Shown one piece after another: positions 8,719 through 18,124 of a DNA stretch of 48,302 nucleotides. The translations under genes and the position numbers were made by a program. This DNA comes from a virus (Duplodnaviria > Heunggongvirae > Uroviricota > Caudoviricetes), in the IMG/VR virus record IMGVR_UViG_3300045988_153358; one strand, 5' to 3'. The notes below the pieces were generated by a model. That model was not told where the DNA came from and searched no databases. It saw only the letters and a program-made list of their open reading frames with translations. Every line of letters starts with the position of its first letter. Position 1 is the first letter of the stretch.

Positions 8719-9274
8719 TCATCGTGTGGTTGATGGTGTTGTTATGCAGGGTGTATTCACTGTGTTCTGTAGCGTCGCTCGCTGGCTGTCTGTGGGGGAG
8801 CACGAGCATCGTTTCATCGTCCGGCAGAATTGGGTCCTTCTGGCCAAAAGCGTTGGATGCGGGTCATTCGAACCCCGATATTCGGCTAGCTAAACGTGAA
8901 AAAAGTTAGGTTAAAAGTTGCGGTAAAAGAAATTTACTCATCTCATTGAAAAATATCGGGAAAACGTGATTTTTTCTGTATTTGTGCTGGTAAAAAGAAA
9001 GTGGAAAATTTTCTTTTAGATCATCAAGATACGCGCAGATCTTTAACCAATGTGATGTTGTTCTGATAAAAATCGTTATAAATCATGCAAATACATCCAA
9101 TCTTTTAACCAAAACACCATCGCAAGATCCTTTTTACTTATAAAAACTTAATAAAATCAGATAATTATGCTGGTTTGTGTGATTTTTCATGAGTAAAAAG
9201 ATCGTCATTTTTCTCTTTTAGTATCAATAAGTTAAACAGTTTTCTTTAACCTGTTGTGTTATGGCGGTTAAAAA

Positions 9275-9865
9275 ATGGCTCTAAAAATCGAATATTTACC
9301 AGTCGGTAAGTTGCTCAGATATGCCAAAAATTCACGGACTCATTCAGATGAGCAAGTTGAACAGTTGGTGAACAGTATCCGTGAGTTCGGTTTCACTAAT
9401 CCTGTGCTGATCGATGAAAAGAATGAACTGATTGCGGGGCATGGGCGGCTTGCAGCAGCCGAAATTCTGGAAATGGATAAAGTTCCGGCGATTCGGTTGA
9501 GTAACCTTTCTGAAAAACAGAAGAAGGCTTACAGGATTGCAGATAACAAGCTGGCTTTAAATGCTGGCTGGGATATGCAGCTTCTGGCCGAAGAAGTCAA
9601 AGAGTTAATGGATGATGATTTTGATATTGATCTGCTTGGGTTTAATGATGCAGAGCTTGACGAAATGTTAAGCGATGAACAGCCGCAGGAAGAAGACGAT
9701 AATTCTTCCCCTGTTGTTCAAATTAAGTACCTGGCTATTGATAAAGAACGTATTCCCGCGACGGATATGGAAATTGCATTGTTGCTGGATGTTTATCGTC
9801 AGTACCACGACGCGCATGAAACGCATGAGGGATTTGTTCAGTATCTTGCTAATGGTTGCAAGTAA
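9275..9865 (+). CDS. ParB-like nuclease domain protein (copy 2)
   Basis: same motif layout as 5986-6609 (NSRTHS, IAGHGR, KKAYRIADN, LNAGWD). Confidence 0.75.
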   Translation: MALKIEYLPVGKLLRYAKNSRTHSDEQVEQLVNSIREFGFTNPVLIDEKNELIAGHGRLAAAEILEMDKVPAIRLSNLSEKQKKAYRIADNKLALNAGWDMQLLAEEVKELMDDDFDIDLLGFNDAELDEMLSDEQPQEEDDNSSPVVQIKYLAIDKERIPATDMEIALLLDVYRQYHDAHETHEGFVQYLANGCK

Positions 9866-10416
9866 TGGCCATCGTCAGTAAGTCAGAGTTTGCCCGCCGG
9901 AAAGGTATTTCTCCGGCAATGGTTACGAAGCTCTGTCGTTCCGGTCGCATTCCAGTGCTGAAAAGCGGCAAGCTGGATTTTGATAAAGCCAGTGCGGCTT
10001 ATGAAGCGAGCCGACAGGTTGGTCGTGAGGTATCTGCTGAAAATGGAAAAAGAGGGCATGGGATATCTTCGGAACAACCAGAGTTACCCGCTGATGATGC
10101 CGGATTAGCTGGTGGTACTTCCGGTGTTGCGGTGCAATTCAACAAGGCTAAGACCGCAGAAAAAATTTATCAGGCAAAGCTGAAACGCCTTGAATTTGAA
10201 GAAAAGGAAGGCTCTCTCATCGCTAAAGATGCGGTCAGGGATGATGCATTTCTGGCAGCTAATGAATTGCGTAGCCGCTTATTTAGTATTGCTCCAAGAG
10301 CAGCTCCCCGTTGTGAAGGCAAAACAGCCAGGGAGATCGAGCGCATTATTGAAGACGAGATTAATTTTGCGCTTCAGGCGCTCCAGGAATCCCGATTTAT
10401 TAAGCAGGAAGAATAA
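9865..10416 (+). CDS. terS: terminase small subunit
   Basis: N-terminal HTH-like SKSEFARRKGIS motif; directly upstream of TerL; ATG overlaps upstream stop. Confidence 0.65.
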   Translation: MAIVSKSEFARRKGISPAMVTKLCRSGRIPVLKSGKLDFDKASAAYEASRQVGREVSAENGKRGHGISSEQPELPADDAGLAGGTSGVAVQFNKAKTAEKIYQAKLKRLEFEEKEGSLIAKDAVRDDAFLAANELRSRLFSIAPRAAPRCEGKTAREIERIIEDEINFALQALQESRFIKQEE

Positions 10417-10421
10417 ACCTC

Positions 10422-12278
10422 ATGGGCGAAACAGTATGGAGCACCGCTTTTTTCCGTGCGCTTCGCCCTAAATCACGGCTAACTGTTTCCGAATGGGCTG
10501 ATAAGTATCGTCATGTAGCGCCGGGAACGTCTCCAGAGCCAGGGCCGTGGCGTACAAGCCGAGTGCCATATTTGCGTGAACCAATGGATGTTATTGGTGA
10601 CGCTGATACAGAAACAGTAGTGATGCAATGTAGCTCGCAAATTGGTAAATCCGAATTACAGCTAAATGTTATGGGTTACTTTGCAGATCAGGAGCCATCT
10701 CCTCAGTTGATGATTTATCCAACGGTAGAGGCGGCTGAGGCTTTTTCAAAAGAGCGTATTGATCCGACGTTCAAATATTCCCCTGGTTTGAAACACAAGC
10801 TGCATGAAGGGAAAGAGGGGCGCGGTGCAGCCAAAAAGTCCAGCACGACTATACGTATGAAGCATTACGCTGGTGGATATATAGCACTTGTTGGTGCTAA
10901 TTCCCCAGCAGGTCTTGCATCCAGGCCAATTCGAATACTGTTAGCTGATGAGATTGATCGTTACGGTGTGACGCAGGAGGGCGACCCACTAAAACTAGGT
11001 ATTCAGCGTACTACCAACTTTCATAATCGTAAGAAAGTTTTTGTTTCTACTCCTGTTTTGGAGGAAACAAGCAAAATCCACAAGTGGTTTAAGCTCTCCG
11101 ATCAGCGTTACTACCATGTTCCTTGCCCATGTTGTGGCACCATGCAGGTGATGAAATGGTCGCAAGTCAGATGGGATAAGAGCGATTCAGGTGAGGCGTT
11201 ACCGGAAACGGCCAGATATGAGTGCTGTGAGTGCGGCGGGATTATGCGCGGATCTGGTAAACCAGACGTTGATTGGTTGGCGAAGGGGGTATGGATAGCT
11301 GAACATACTGGAGTTAAAGGTATTGTTGGTTTTCATATTAACAGTCTTTACTCCCCGTGGGTTGCATTGTCAGAGCTGGTTGAAGAATTTACGGAAGCAA
11401 CCAGAAACCGCGATAAAAATGGATTAATGGAGTTTATTAACCTTAAGCTGGGTGAGCCATGGAAAGAGGATGCTAAAGACGATATCGATCCTGAATACTT
11501 GTTGCAACGCAGAATAAGGTTTGAAGAGTTTTTACCAGATGATGTTTTATTGTTAAGTGCTGGTGTTGACGTACAGGACACGTATTTAGTTTGTGAATTG
11601 GTCGGTTGGGGAAAAGGTAAGGAGTCATGGGGGATAGAATATAAAATATTCCCAGGTGATCCCGCACAAGATGTTGTCTGGAAACAACTTGATGAATACT
11701 TACTCCGTAGCTGGTCATTCCGTGACGGTCGAAAATTACAGATTTCTTCCGTTTGTATTGACTCTGGTGGGCATTTTACGACAGAGGTATATCGCTTTAC
11801 TAAGCCGAGAGAATCAAGGCGAATATACTCTATCAGGGGGCGTGGTGGGGTAGGTTTACCATTTATAGGAAAGCCAAGTAATAATAACCGTGTGGGTGCT
11901 ATGTTGTTTAATTTGGGGGTTGATGATGGTAAAGGGACCATCATGGCAAGAATTAAACTACATGATCCTGGTCCTGGTTATATGCATTTCCCATTAGATT
12001 CTGACAGAGGATATGATACCGAATACTTTAAAGGATTATTATCAGAGAAAAAAATATTTGAATATAAAAATGGGCAGACAAAAGAAAAGTGGGTGAAAGT
12101 CTACGAGCGTAACGAGCCTCTTGATTGCCGTAACTATGCAACTGCCGCGATGGAAATTCTGAACCCTAATTTTAACTGGCTTGCCGAACAGGAAATGCGA
12201 GGTAATGTGTATGTGCAGAACTCGTCAGGTATACGTAGAAGACGCCGTAGAGTTATAAGTAAAGGCGTAACCATATAG
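10422..12278 (+). CDS. terL: terminase large subunit, lambda GpA-like
   Basis: 618 aa; GpA-family N-terminal pattern (TVSEWADKY, PGPW, PYLREPMD); gene order. Confidence 0.85.
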   Translation: MGETVWSTAFFRALRPKSRLTVSEWADKYRHVAPGTSPEPGPWRTSRVPYLREPMDVIGDADTETVVMQCSSQIGKSELQLNVMGYFADQEPSPQLMIYPTVEAAEAFSKERIDPTFKYSPGLKHKLHEGKEGRGAAKKSSTTIRMKHYAGGYIALVGANSPAGLASRPIRILLADEIDRYGVTQEGDPLKLGIQRTTNFHNRKKVFVSTPVLEETSKIHKWFKLSDQRYYHVPCPCCGTMQVMKWSQVRWDKSDSGEALPETARYECCECGGIMRGSGKPDVDWLAKGVWIAEHTGVKGIVGFHINSLYSPWVALSELVEEFTEATRNRDKNGLMEFINLKLGEPWKEDAKDDIDPEYLLQRRIRFEEFLPDDVLLLSAGVDVQDTYLVCELVGWGKGKESWGIEYKIFPGDPAQDVVWKQLDEYLLRSWSFRDGRKLQISSVCIDSGGHFTTEVYRFTKPRESRRIYSIRGRGGVGLPFIGKPSNNNRVGAMLFNLGVDDGKGTIMARIKLHDPGPGYMHFPLDSDRGYDTEYFKGLLSEKKIFEYKNGQTKEKWVKVYERNEPLDCRNYATAAMEILNPNFNWLAEQEMRGNVYVQNSSGIRRRRRRVISKGVTI

Positions 12279-12289
12279 AGGAAATATAA

Positions 12290-12529
12290 ATGAACAATGA
12301 AGCATTTTCTCTGACTGAAGCCAGAGAGATGTTATCTGTCTGGCGGGAAGCATATCGCGCTATTGCTATTGGCGGTCAGTCATATAAATTTGGTACGCGG
12401 CAGTTAACTCGTGCGGATTTATCAGAAGTCAGAAAAGAGATGGATTACTGGCGTAATGAAGTAGAAAGATTATCAGCAGGTGTACGCCGAGGCCCACGAA
12501 TTAAACGAGTGGTGATAAGAGATTTATGA
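12290..12529 (+). CDS. gpW-like head-tail joining protein
   Basis: 79 aa between terminase and portal, as in lambda. Confidence 0.6.
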   Translation: MNNEAFSLTEAREMLSVWREAYRAIAIGGQSYKFGTRQLTRADLSEVRKEMDYWRNEVERLSAGVRRGPRIKRVVIRDL

Positions 12530-14100
12530 ATATTCTTGATCGAGTTATTGCGCCGTTTTCACCTCAGAGGGCATTAAATCGAGCTTTGGCAAGAAAACGG
12601 TTAGAAGCACTTGAAGGTATTAATAACCTTGGATATTCACGTCATGGTGCAAGCACTCATAAAAAATCATTAAGGGGTTGGTTTAGTAAAGCTGGTTCTC
12701 CTGATGATGATATTGTTAAAAATATAGATAAATTGCGTGAGCGTTCTCGTGATCTCTTCATGGGAAACCCGCTATCTGTTGGCGCAATAAAAACTATCAG
12801 GACAAACGTTGTTGGTTCCGGTTTAAAACTAAATGCGAACATTGATGCCGATTTCTTGGGGATGACGCAGGAAGAAGCGCGAGCATGGGAAAAGCATGTT
12901 GAGCGTGAGTTTAGATTATGGGCTGATTCTCCAAATTGTGATGCATCAAGAATGTGTACTTTTGGACAATTGCAATCATTGGTCCAAATATCTGCGTTAA
13001 CATCTGGCGATATATTTGCTGCGCTACCAGTTATTAAGCGTAAGGGTGTTATATATGATTTGTGCGTCTATTTAATTGAAGGTGATCGTGTTTGCAATCC
13101 AGAGGATCGTTTTATACCAAATCTTTACGGTGGCGTAGAGGTTGGTGAATTTAGCGAGCCTGTGGCGTACTGGGTTGCAAAACATCACCCAGCCGGGACT
13201 TCTGGTTTTGTAACCCGCAAGTGGGAACGTATTCCCGCATATGGGAGTAAAACAGGAAGAAGAAATATTCTGCATGTCATGCAGGATTTTGAAAGGCCTG
13301 GGCAACGCCGTGGCGTTCCTGTCCTTGCTCCTGTAATTGAAGCATTGAAGCAGTTAGGACGATACACCGATGCTGAATTGGTTGCTGCGGTTGTGTCAGG
13401 GATGTTTACTGTCTTTATTAAAACAGACGCTCCTGATGGGCCAGTCGGTGAATCGGGTATCCCTCAGTACGAGCAGATCGATAACCATGATAATAACACC
13501 CAAGAAATGGGGAATGGCTCCATAGTAAGTTTGGGTGAAGGTGAGTCGATAGATACAGCAAATCCCGGGCGACCAAATACGGCATTTGATGGTTTTGTTG
13601 TCGCCATATGCCGTCAAATTGGGGCTGCTTTAGAACTCCCTTACGAACTCTTGGTAAAGCATTTTACAGCAAGTTATAGCGCAAGCAGGGCCGCATTACT
13701 TGAAGCCTGGAAAATGTTCCGTATGCGACGTGACTGGATGGTTCAGTCATTTTGCCAACCGATCTATGAGGAATGGTTGGCCGAAGCCGTTGCTAAAGGT
13801 CGTGTTATTGCCCCTGGTTTTTTTTATGGGCCTGAATATCGCGCTGCATGGAGTGGCGCTCAATGGTATGGCCCATCACAAGGCCAATTAGATCCCCTTA
13901 AAGAAGTCAAAGCTGCAAAACTGCGTGTTGAGGAAACATTCTCTACCCGTGAAAAAGAAGCGGCTGAAATGTCAGGTCTTAACTGGGAAGAAACCGCACA
14001 AATCTGTGGCAGAGAAGAGAATGCTCGCCGTGAGTTGGGGCTTATTACACCTCCTGTTTCTGAGGTAAATGAACAAAATATGGAGACTGATGATGCCTAA
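12526..14100 (+). CDS. portal protein (lambda B-like)
   Basis: 524 aa; position after terminase and gpW-like gene. Confidence 0.8.
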   Translation: MNILDRVIAPFSPQRALNRALARKRLEALEGINNLGYSRHGASTHKKSLRGWFSKAGSPDDDIVKNIDKLRERSRDLFMGNPLSVGAIKTIRTNVVGSGLKLNANIDADFLGMTQEEARAWEKHVEREFRLWADSPNCDASRMCTFGQLQSLVQISALTSGDIFAALPVIKRKGVIYDLCVYLIEGDRVCNPEDRFIPNLYGGVEVGEFSEPVAYWVAKHHPAGTSGFVTRKWERIPAYGSKTGRRNILHVMQDFERPGQRRGVPVLAPVIEALKQLGRYTDAELVAAVVSGMFTVFIKTDAPDGPVGESGIPQYEQIDNHDNNTQEMGNGSIVSLGEGESIDTANPGRPNTAFDGFVVAICRQIGAALELPYELLVKHFTASYSASRAALLEAWKMFRMRRDWMVQSFCQPIYEEWLAEAVAKGRVIAPGFFYGPEYRAAWSGAQWYGPSQGQLDPLKEVKAAKLRVEETFSTREKEAAEMSGLNWEETAQICGREENARRELGLITPPVSEVNEQNMETDDA

Positions 14101-15157
14101 TTGGTGGGAAATAAAAAATAGCACGGGTGAAGATGACTCTCCGGCTGAACTTTTAATTTACGGGTATATTGGTGAATTTGATGAGGTTTCTTCTTCTGAC
14201 ATAGTTAATAAATTAAAGGATATTTCATCAAATACTATCAACGTAAAAATTAATAGTTATGGTGGTTCTGTTTTTACTGCTCAAGCTATTCTTTCATCAT
14301 TAAAGCGTCATAAGGCGAATATTACGGTTTATATCGACGGGATTGCTGCATCGGCTGCAACTATTATTGCAATGGCGGGTGATAAAATTATTATCCCATC
14401 TAATGCTATGATGATGATCCATAATCCGTGGATATTTGCTGCTGGCGATGCGGATGAATTGCGTGATATTGCTGAGATGATGGATAAGATACGCAATAGT
14501 ATTTTATCTGCATATAAGGAGAAAACAGGGCTTTCTGAGGATAAATTAATTGAACTAATGGATCAGGAAACATGGCTAAATGCAGAAGAGGCTGTAGAGC
14601 TTGGATTTGCTGACGAAGTTGAAAAACCAATACGCTTATCCGCTTCTATAAAGGAAGGGATGCTTTCGCTTAATGGAATAACTTTTGAAGCATCAAGGTT
14701 TTCAAAATTACCTGATTCACTCGCAAAGTTGCCGCAAAATAAAAATGAGTTATCTACTGAATCAAATGAACAAAATGAGGACGATATTGTGACTCTTGAT
14801 GAATTAAAAAATAAACATCCAGAATTATACAATCAGGTTTTTAATGCTGGTAAAGACGAGGGCGTTAAATCAGAACGCGAGCGCATTGAAACAATCGAGA
14901 ATAGCGTGATTCCTGGTCATGACGACCTGGTTAAGAATGCAAAATTCAAAACAGGAGTTTCTGCGGCTGAACTTGCTTTGGAAATTATGAATGCAGAGCG
15001 AGCGCGTAACAAAAACTTTCTTAATCAACGGCAAGAAGACGCAAGTGAGGTGAATGATTCAGTTGATGTTAATCAACCAGAAAACAACGGCAACAAACAG
15101 GCTGAAGCAGTAAAAAATGTTATTGGGTCAGTATTTAAAAACCGCGATAAAAATTAA
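14069..15157 (+). CDS. head maturation protease (ClpP/S49-like) with C-terminal scaffold-like region; start uncertain (14069, 14090 or 14093)
   Basis: protease-like core (NSYGGSVF, IDGIAASAATIIAMAGD); coiled acidic C-terminus. Confidence 0.7.
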   Translation: MNKIWRLMMPNWWEIKNSTGEDDSPAELLIYGYIGEFDEVSSSDIVNKLKDISSNTINVKINSYGGSVFTAQAILSSLKRHKANITVYIDGIAASAATIIAMAGDKIIIPSNAMMMIHNPWIFAAGDADELRDIAEMMDKIRNSILSAYKEKTGLSEDKLIELMDQETWLNAEEAVELGFADEVEKPIRLSASIKEGMLSLNGITFEASRFSKLPDSLAKLPQNKNELSTESNEQNEDDIVTLDELKNKHPELYNQVFNAGKDEGVKSERERIETIENSVIPGHDDLVKNAKFKTGVSAAELALEIMNAERARNKNFLNQRQEDASEVNDSVDVNQPENNGNKQAEAVKNVIGSVFKNRDKN

Positions 15158-15166
15158 GGTGAGTTT

Positions 15167-15550
15167 ATGCGAGAGTCTTTTTCATTTGAACCAGATAATC
15201 TGATTATTTCTGGTGGTATGCCAGCAATTCCAGCAAGTATTAAACTTGCCAGCGGTAAAGTAAAACGGGGTGAGTTACTTGCTTTTGTCAGTATTGATCA
15301 GACAACAAATGTTGTCACTGTGGCGCCAATAAATCTCTCTGGTGAAGGGGAGGCAAAAGAACCGTATTGTATCGCTCAACACAATATTGATGCGACTGAT
15401 TCAGCGCAAGTCGGAACAGCATGGCTGACCGGAATGTTCAATGCACATGCGGTTATCCTTCCTGAATCAGCAAAAGTTGCCGATGTATATCTGGCTTGCC
15501 GGAAGGTTGGAATATTCCTTAATACCGCACAACAAAATCCATCTGCATAA
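15167..15550 (+). CDS. putative head decoration protein (gpD-like position)
   Basis: 127 aa between protease and major capsid gene. Confidence 0.45.
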   Translation: MRESFSFEPDNLIISGGMPAIPASIKLASGKVKRGELLAFVSIDQTTNVVTVAPINLSGEGEAKEPYCIAQHNIDATDSAQVGTAWLTGMFNAHAVILPESAKVADVYLACRKVGIFLNTAQQNPSA

Positions 15551-15570
15551 TATAAAGAGGTCGTATTTTT

Positions 15571-16614
15571 ATGCCGAATATTGATATTTTTGAACGACGT
15601 ACGATGCTTGAGCCTGTTATTCAGAATTTCAAGGCTCGTCGTTTTCTTCTTCGTACCTTTTTTCCTGGTGTTCAGACCTTTAATACAAAGAAAGTTGATC
15701 TGGATTTTGTTCGCGGTGGCCGTACTATGGCTCCGTTTGTTGGTAAAGGTTTTGGCTCAAAAACCGTTGAGCGACGCGGCTTTGTAACGAGAACTCTGGA
15801 GCCACCACTTGTTGCACCTGATTTGGTAACAACAGCCGAGCTGCTTTTAAACAGGCTTCCGGGTGAGAATATTTACAACGCAAAATCGCCAGCAGAACGA
15901 GCCGCCGAGCAATTAGGTAAAGATTTGCTTGAGCTTGATGAAATGGTTAACCGCCGTGAAGAATGGATGTGTGCACAAGTCTTGTTTACGGGGCAGGTTG
16001 ATATTGTTGGTGAAGGAGTGGATGACACAGTTTATTTTTGGCCTGAAGAGGAAGGAGATAAACCATATCTTGAACTGACAGGTGATGATTTATGGAGTGC
16101 AGCAAAATCAGATCCGTTAGTCAATGTTCGCAACTGGAAACGTCGGGTATCACTAACTTCAGGTTTTACACCTCGTGTTGCCGTAATGGGCGCAAAAGTT
16201 GTTGATGCCTTCGTTAAAAATGAAGCAGTAACTAAATATCTTGATAATCGCCGAAAAGAGCTTGGGTATATTGAGCCTAAAGAGTTAGAAGAAGGCGTAA
16301 CTCATTATGGCAATCTTGAAGGTGTCGATTTTTATGGTTACGACGAACTTATTCGCAATGATAAAACAGGAAAACCTGAACCATTAGTACCGGAAGATAA
16401 GATCCTCTTTGGCTCTCCTGGTCGAGGAACGATGCTGTATGGTGCTGTAGAGCTTGTAGATGACGCCGAAAAGACTCTAACGATTGTTGAGTCACCACGA
16501 GTTCCAGACACTTGGGTAACTCGTAAGCCGGCTGGCCGTTATGTTGCCATGAAGTCATCTCCACTGCCTAATCCTGGTGTGGCTGATGCCTATCTGGTGG
16601 CTAAGGTGGTTTAA
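15571..16614 (+). CDS. major capsid protein (lambda E-like)
   Basis: 347 aa; size and position; C-terminal pattern resembles E family. Confidence 0.8.
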   Translation: MPNIDIFERRTMLEPVIQNFKARRFLLRTFFPGVQTFNTKKVDLDFVRGGRTMAPFVGKGFGSKTVERRGFVTRTLEPPLVAPDLVTTAELLLNRLPGENIYNAKSPAERAAEQLGKDLLELDEMVNRREEWMCAQVLFTGQVDIVGEGVDDTVYFWPEEEGDKPYLELTGDDLWSAAKSDPLVNVRNWKRRVSLTSGFTPRVAVMGAKVVDAFVKNEAVTKYLDNRRKELGYIEPKELEEGVTHYGNLEGVDFYGYDELIRNDKTGKPEPLVPEDKILFGSPGRGTMLYGAVELVDDAEKTLTIVESPRVPDTWVTRKPAGRYVAMKSSPLPNPGVADAYLVAKVV

Positions 16615-17007
16615 ATGGCCAGACTGATTAAAAACATTGATACGATAAGCCACGGCTCGCTAAAAGCGGGCCGTTTGCTTAATGGGCTAATGGATAACTC
16701 CAGAATTGCCGAACTGATTGCGTCAGGACATGCTATTGCCACCGAAGAGGATGGTGATTTGGCATCGGCTGGGGGCTATGATGCTGCTAAGTTAGCTTTT
16801 GAGCATGGATACGCATCTGCTGTTAATGATGCTGTGGACGCGGGGTTGATTACGCGAACGGAGGCGGGTAGCTGTGTATTCGAGGTTGAGTTTGAGGATG
16901 ATGGCGGCAATGAGGAAATGGTTGCTGATGATTCATCTGAATCTGTAGCTACTTCTGATACCAGTAATGCGAAAAAATCAACGCAAAAAAAAGGTAATAA
17001 GAAGTAA
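16615..17007 (+). CDS. hypothetical head-associated protein (130 aa, acidic C-terminus)
   Basis: ORF track; position in morphogenesis module. Confidence 0.5.
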   Translation: MARLIKNIDTISHGSLKAGRLLNGLMDNSRIAELIASGHAIATEEDGDLASAGGYDAAKLAFEHGYASAVNDAVDAGLITRTEAGSCVFEVEFEDDGGNEEMVADDSSESVATSDTSNAKKSTQKKGNKK

Positions 17008-17351
17008 TGAACTCCTTCAAAGAGGTTATAGCGCAAGATATTTCTGCAATATTCCTCAATGAAAAAGAGTTTGCCGATACATATAACATAGACGGCAAGG
17101 ATATCCTTGCCGTTATTGATACAGACCTTATTCATGAGCGGAATAAACGCTCATATGCTGAGTTTGCAGAGGGAATAAATCAGGGGCAAATAATATTATT
17201 TGTTTCAAGAAAAGATTTTCCTGTTCTCCCTGTCAAAGACCAGTCAATGAAAATCAACGGTAAAAATTATATTGTTGATGAAGTATCAGATAATGTTGGT
17301 GTATTGGAAATAACTCTCACTGTTAATACTAACAGAGGAATGCCGATTTGA
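17007..17351 (+). CDS. hypothetical head-tail connector or completion protein (114 aa)
   Basis: ORF track; position. Confidence 0.5.
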   Translation: MNSFKEVIAQDISAIFLNEKEFADTYNIDGKDILAVIDTDLIHERNKRSYAEFAEGINQGQIILFVSRKDFPVLPVKDQSMKINGKNYIVDEVSDNVGVLEITLTVNTNRGMPI

Positions 17352-17833
17352 TTAATCTTTTGATAGATGCAATAAAAAATCGGTTGGAACATGAGGTTTT
17401 CCATGATTTATTAGTGCAGGGGCCTCCTTATGATGAAACAGACAGCGATATTAAATTGTTTGTTCCAACAATATTTAAAGGGTACTTGCCTCCTAAATCA
17501 CAACCATCTCCAGATAAACCGCCAGAATTTCCTCATGTGATTATCAGGCCCACGGAAGGAGGAATGCAGCCTGAAACGGATGAAGTTAAGGTTAAGTTTC
17601 TTCTAGGTGGTTTTTGTGAGGACCATACTGGATATGAATGGGTAATGGCTCTTCTTGAAAGGATGATGTTTCATTTTCAGGAGAAGCCTTTACTTGAAGA
17701 GAAATTTCTCTTTCAGGGTGATATCAGATGGCGAATGTTTGATGATCAACCATATCCATATTGGATAACGGAAGCAACTGGAACGTGGCTAGTATTAAAG
17801 CCTCAGAATATTCAGTCTCAGGAGTTTATCTAA
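17348..17833 (+). CDS. hypothetical tail completion protein (161 aa)
   Basis: ORF track; position. Confidence 0.5.
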   Translation: MINLLIDAIKNRLEHEVFHDLLVQGPPYDETDSDIKLFVPTIFKGYLPPKSQPSPDKPPEFPHVIIRPTEGGMQPETDEVKVKFLLGGFCEDHTGYEWVMALLERMMFHFQEKPLLEEKFLFQGDIRWRMFDDQPYPYWITEATGTWLVLKPQNIQSQEFI

Positions 17834-18124
17834 ATGGCTAATAAGAAAAGTAGTAAAGAAGATATAGAAAAGAAGGAAGATGTTGCTCAAACATTTGTAT
17901 ATATAGGGCCAACAATCCCTCAACTCTCAATTTTGAAGCATAAACTATTTAAGAATGGCTTATCTCCAGAGTGTGAAAAATTAATATCACATATTCCTGG
18001 TGCAAAGTGTTTGTTTGTGGCAACCAGTGATTTTTCAGATGCAGAAAAAAGACTTTCTGATAAAACCAGTGTCGAGTATGTAATGTACTCTAGAGTTTCT
18101 TCTTCTATCATGGAGATTAAATAA
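17834..18124 (+). CDS. hypothetical protein (96 aa)
   Basis: ORF track; position before sheath. Confidence 0.45.
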   Translation: MANKKSSKEDIEKKEDVAQTFVYIGPTIPQLSILKHKLFKNGLSPECEKLISHIPGAKCLFVATSDFSDAEKRLSDKTSVEYVMYSRVSSSIMEIK

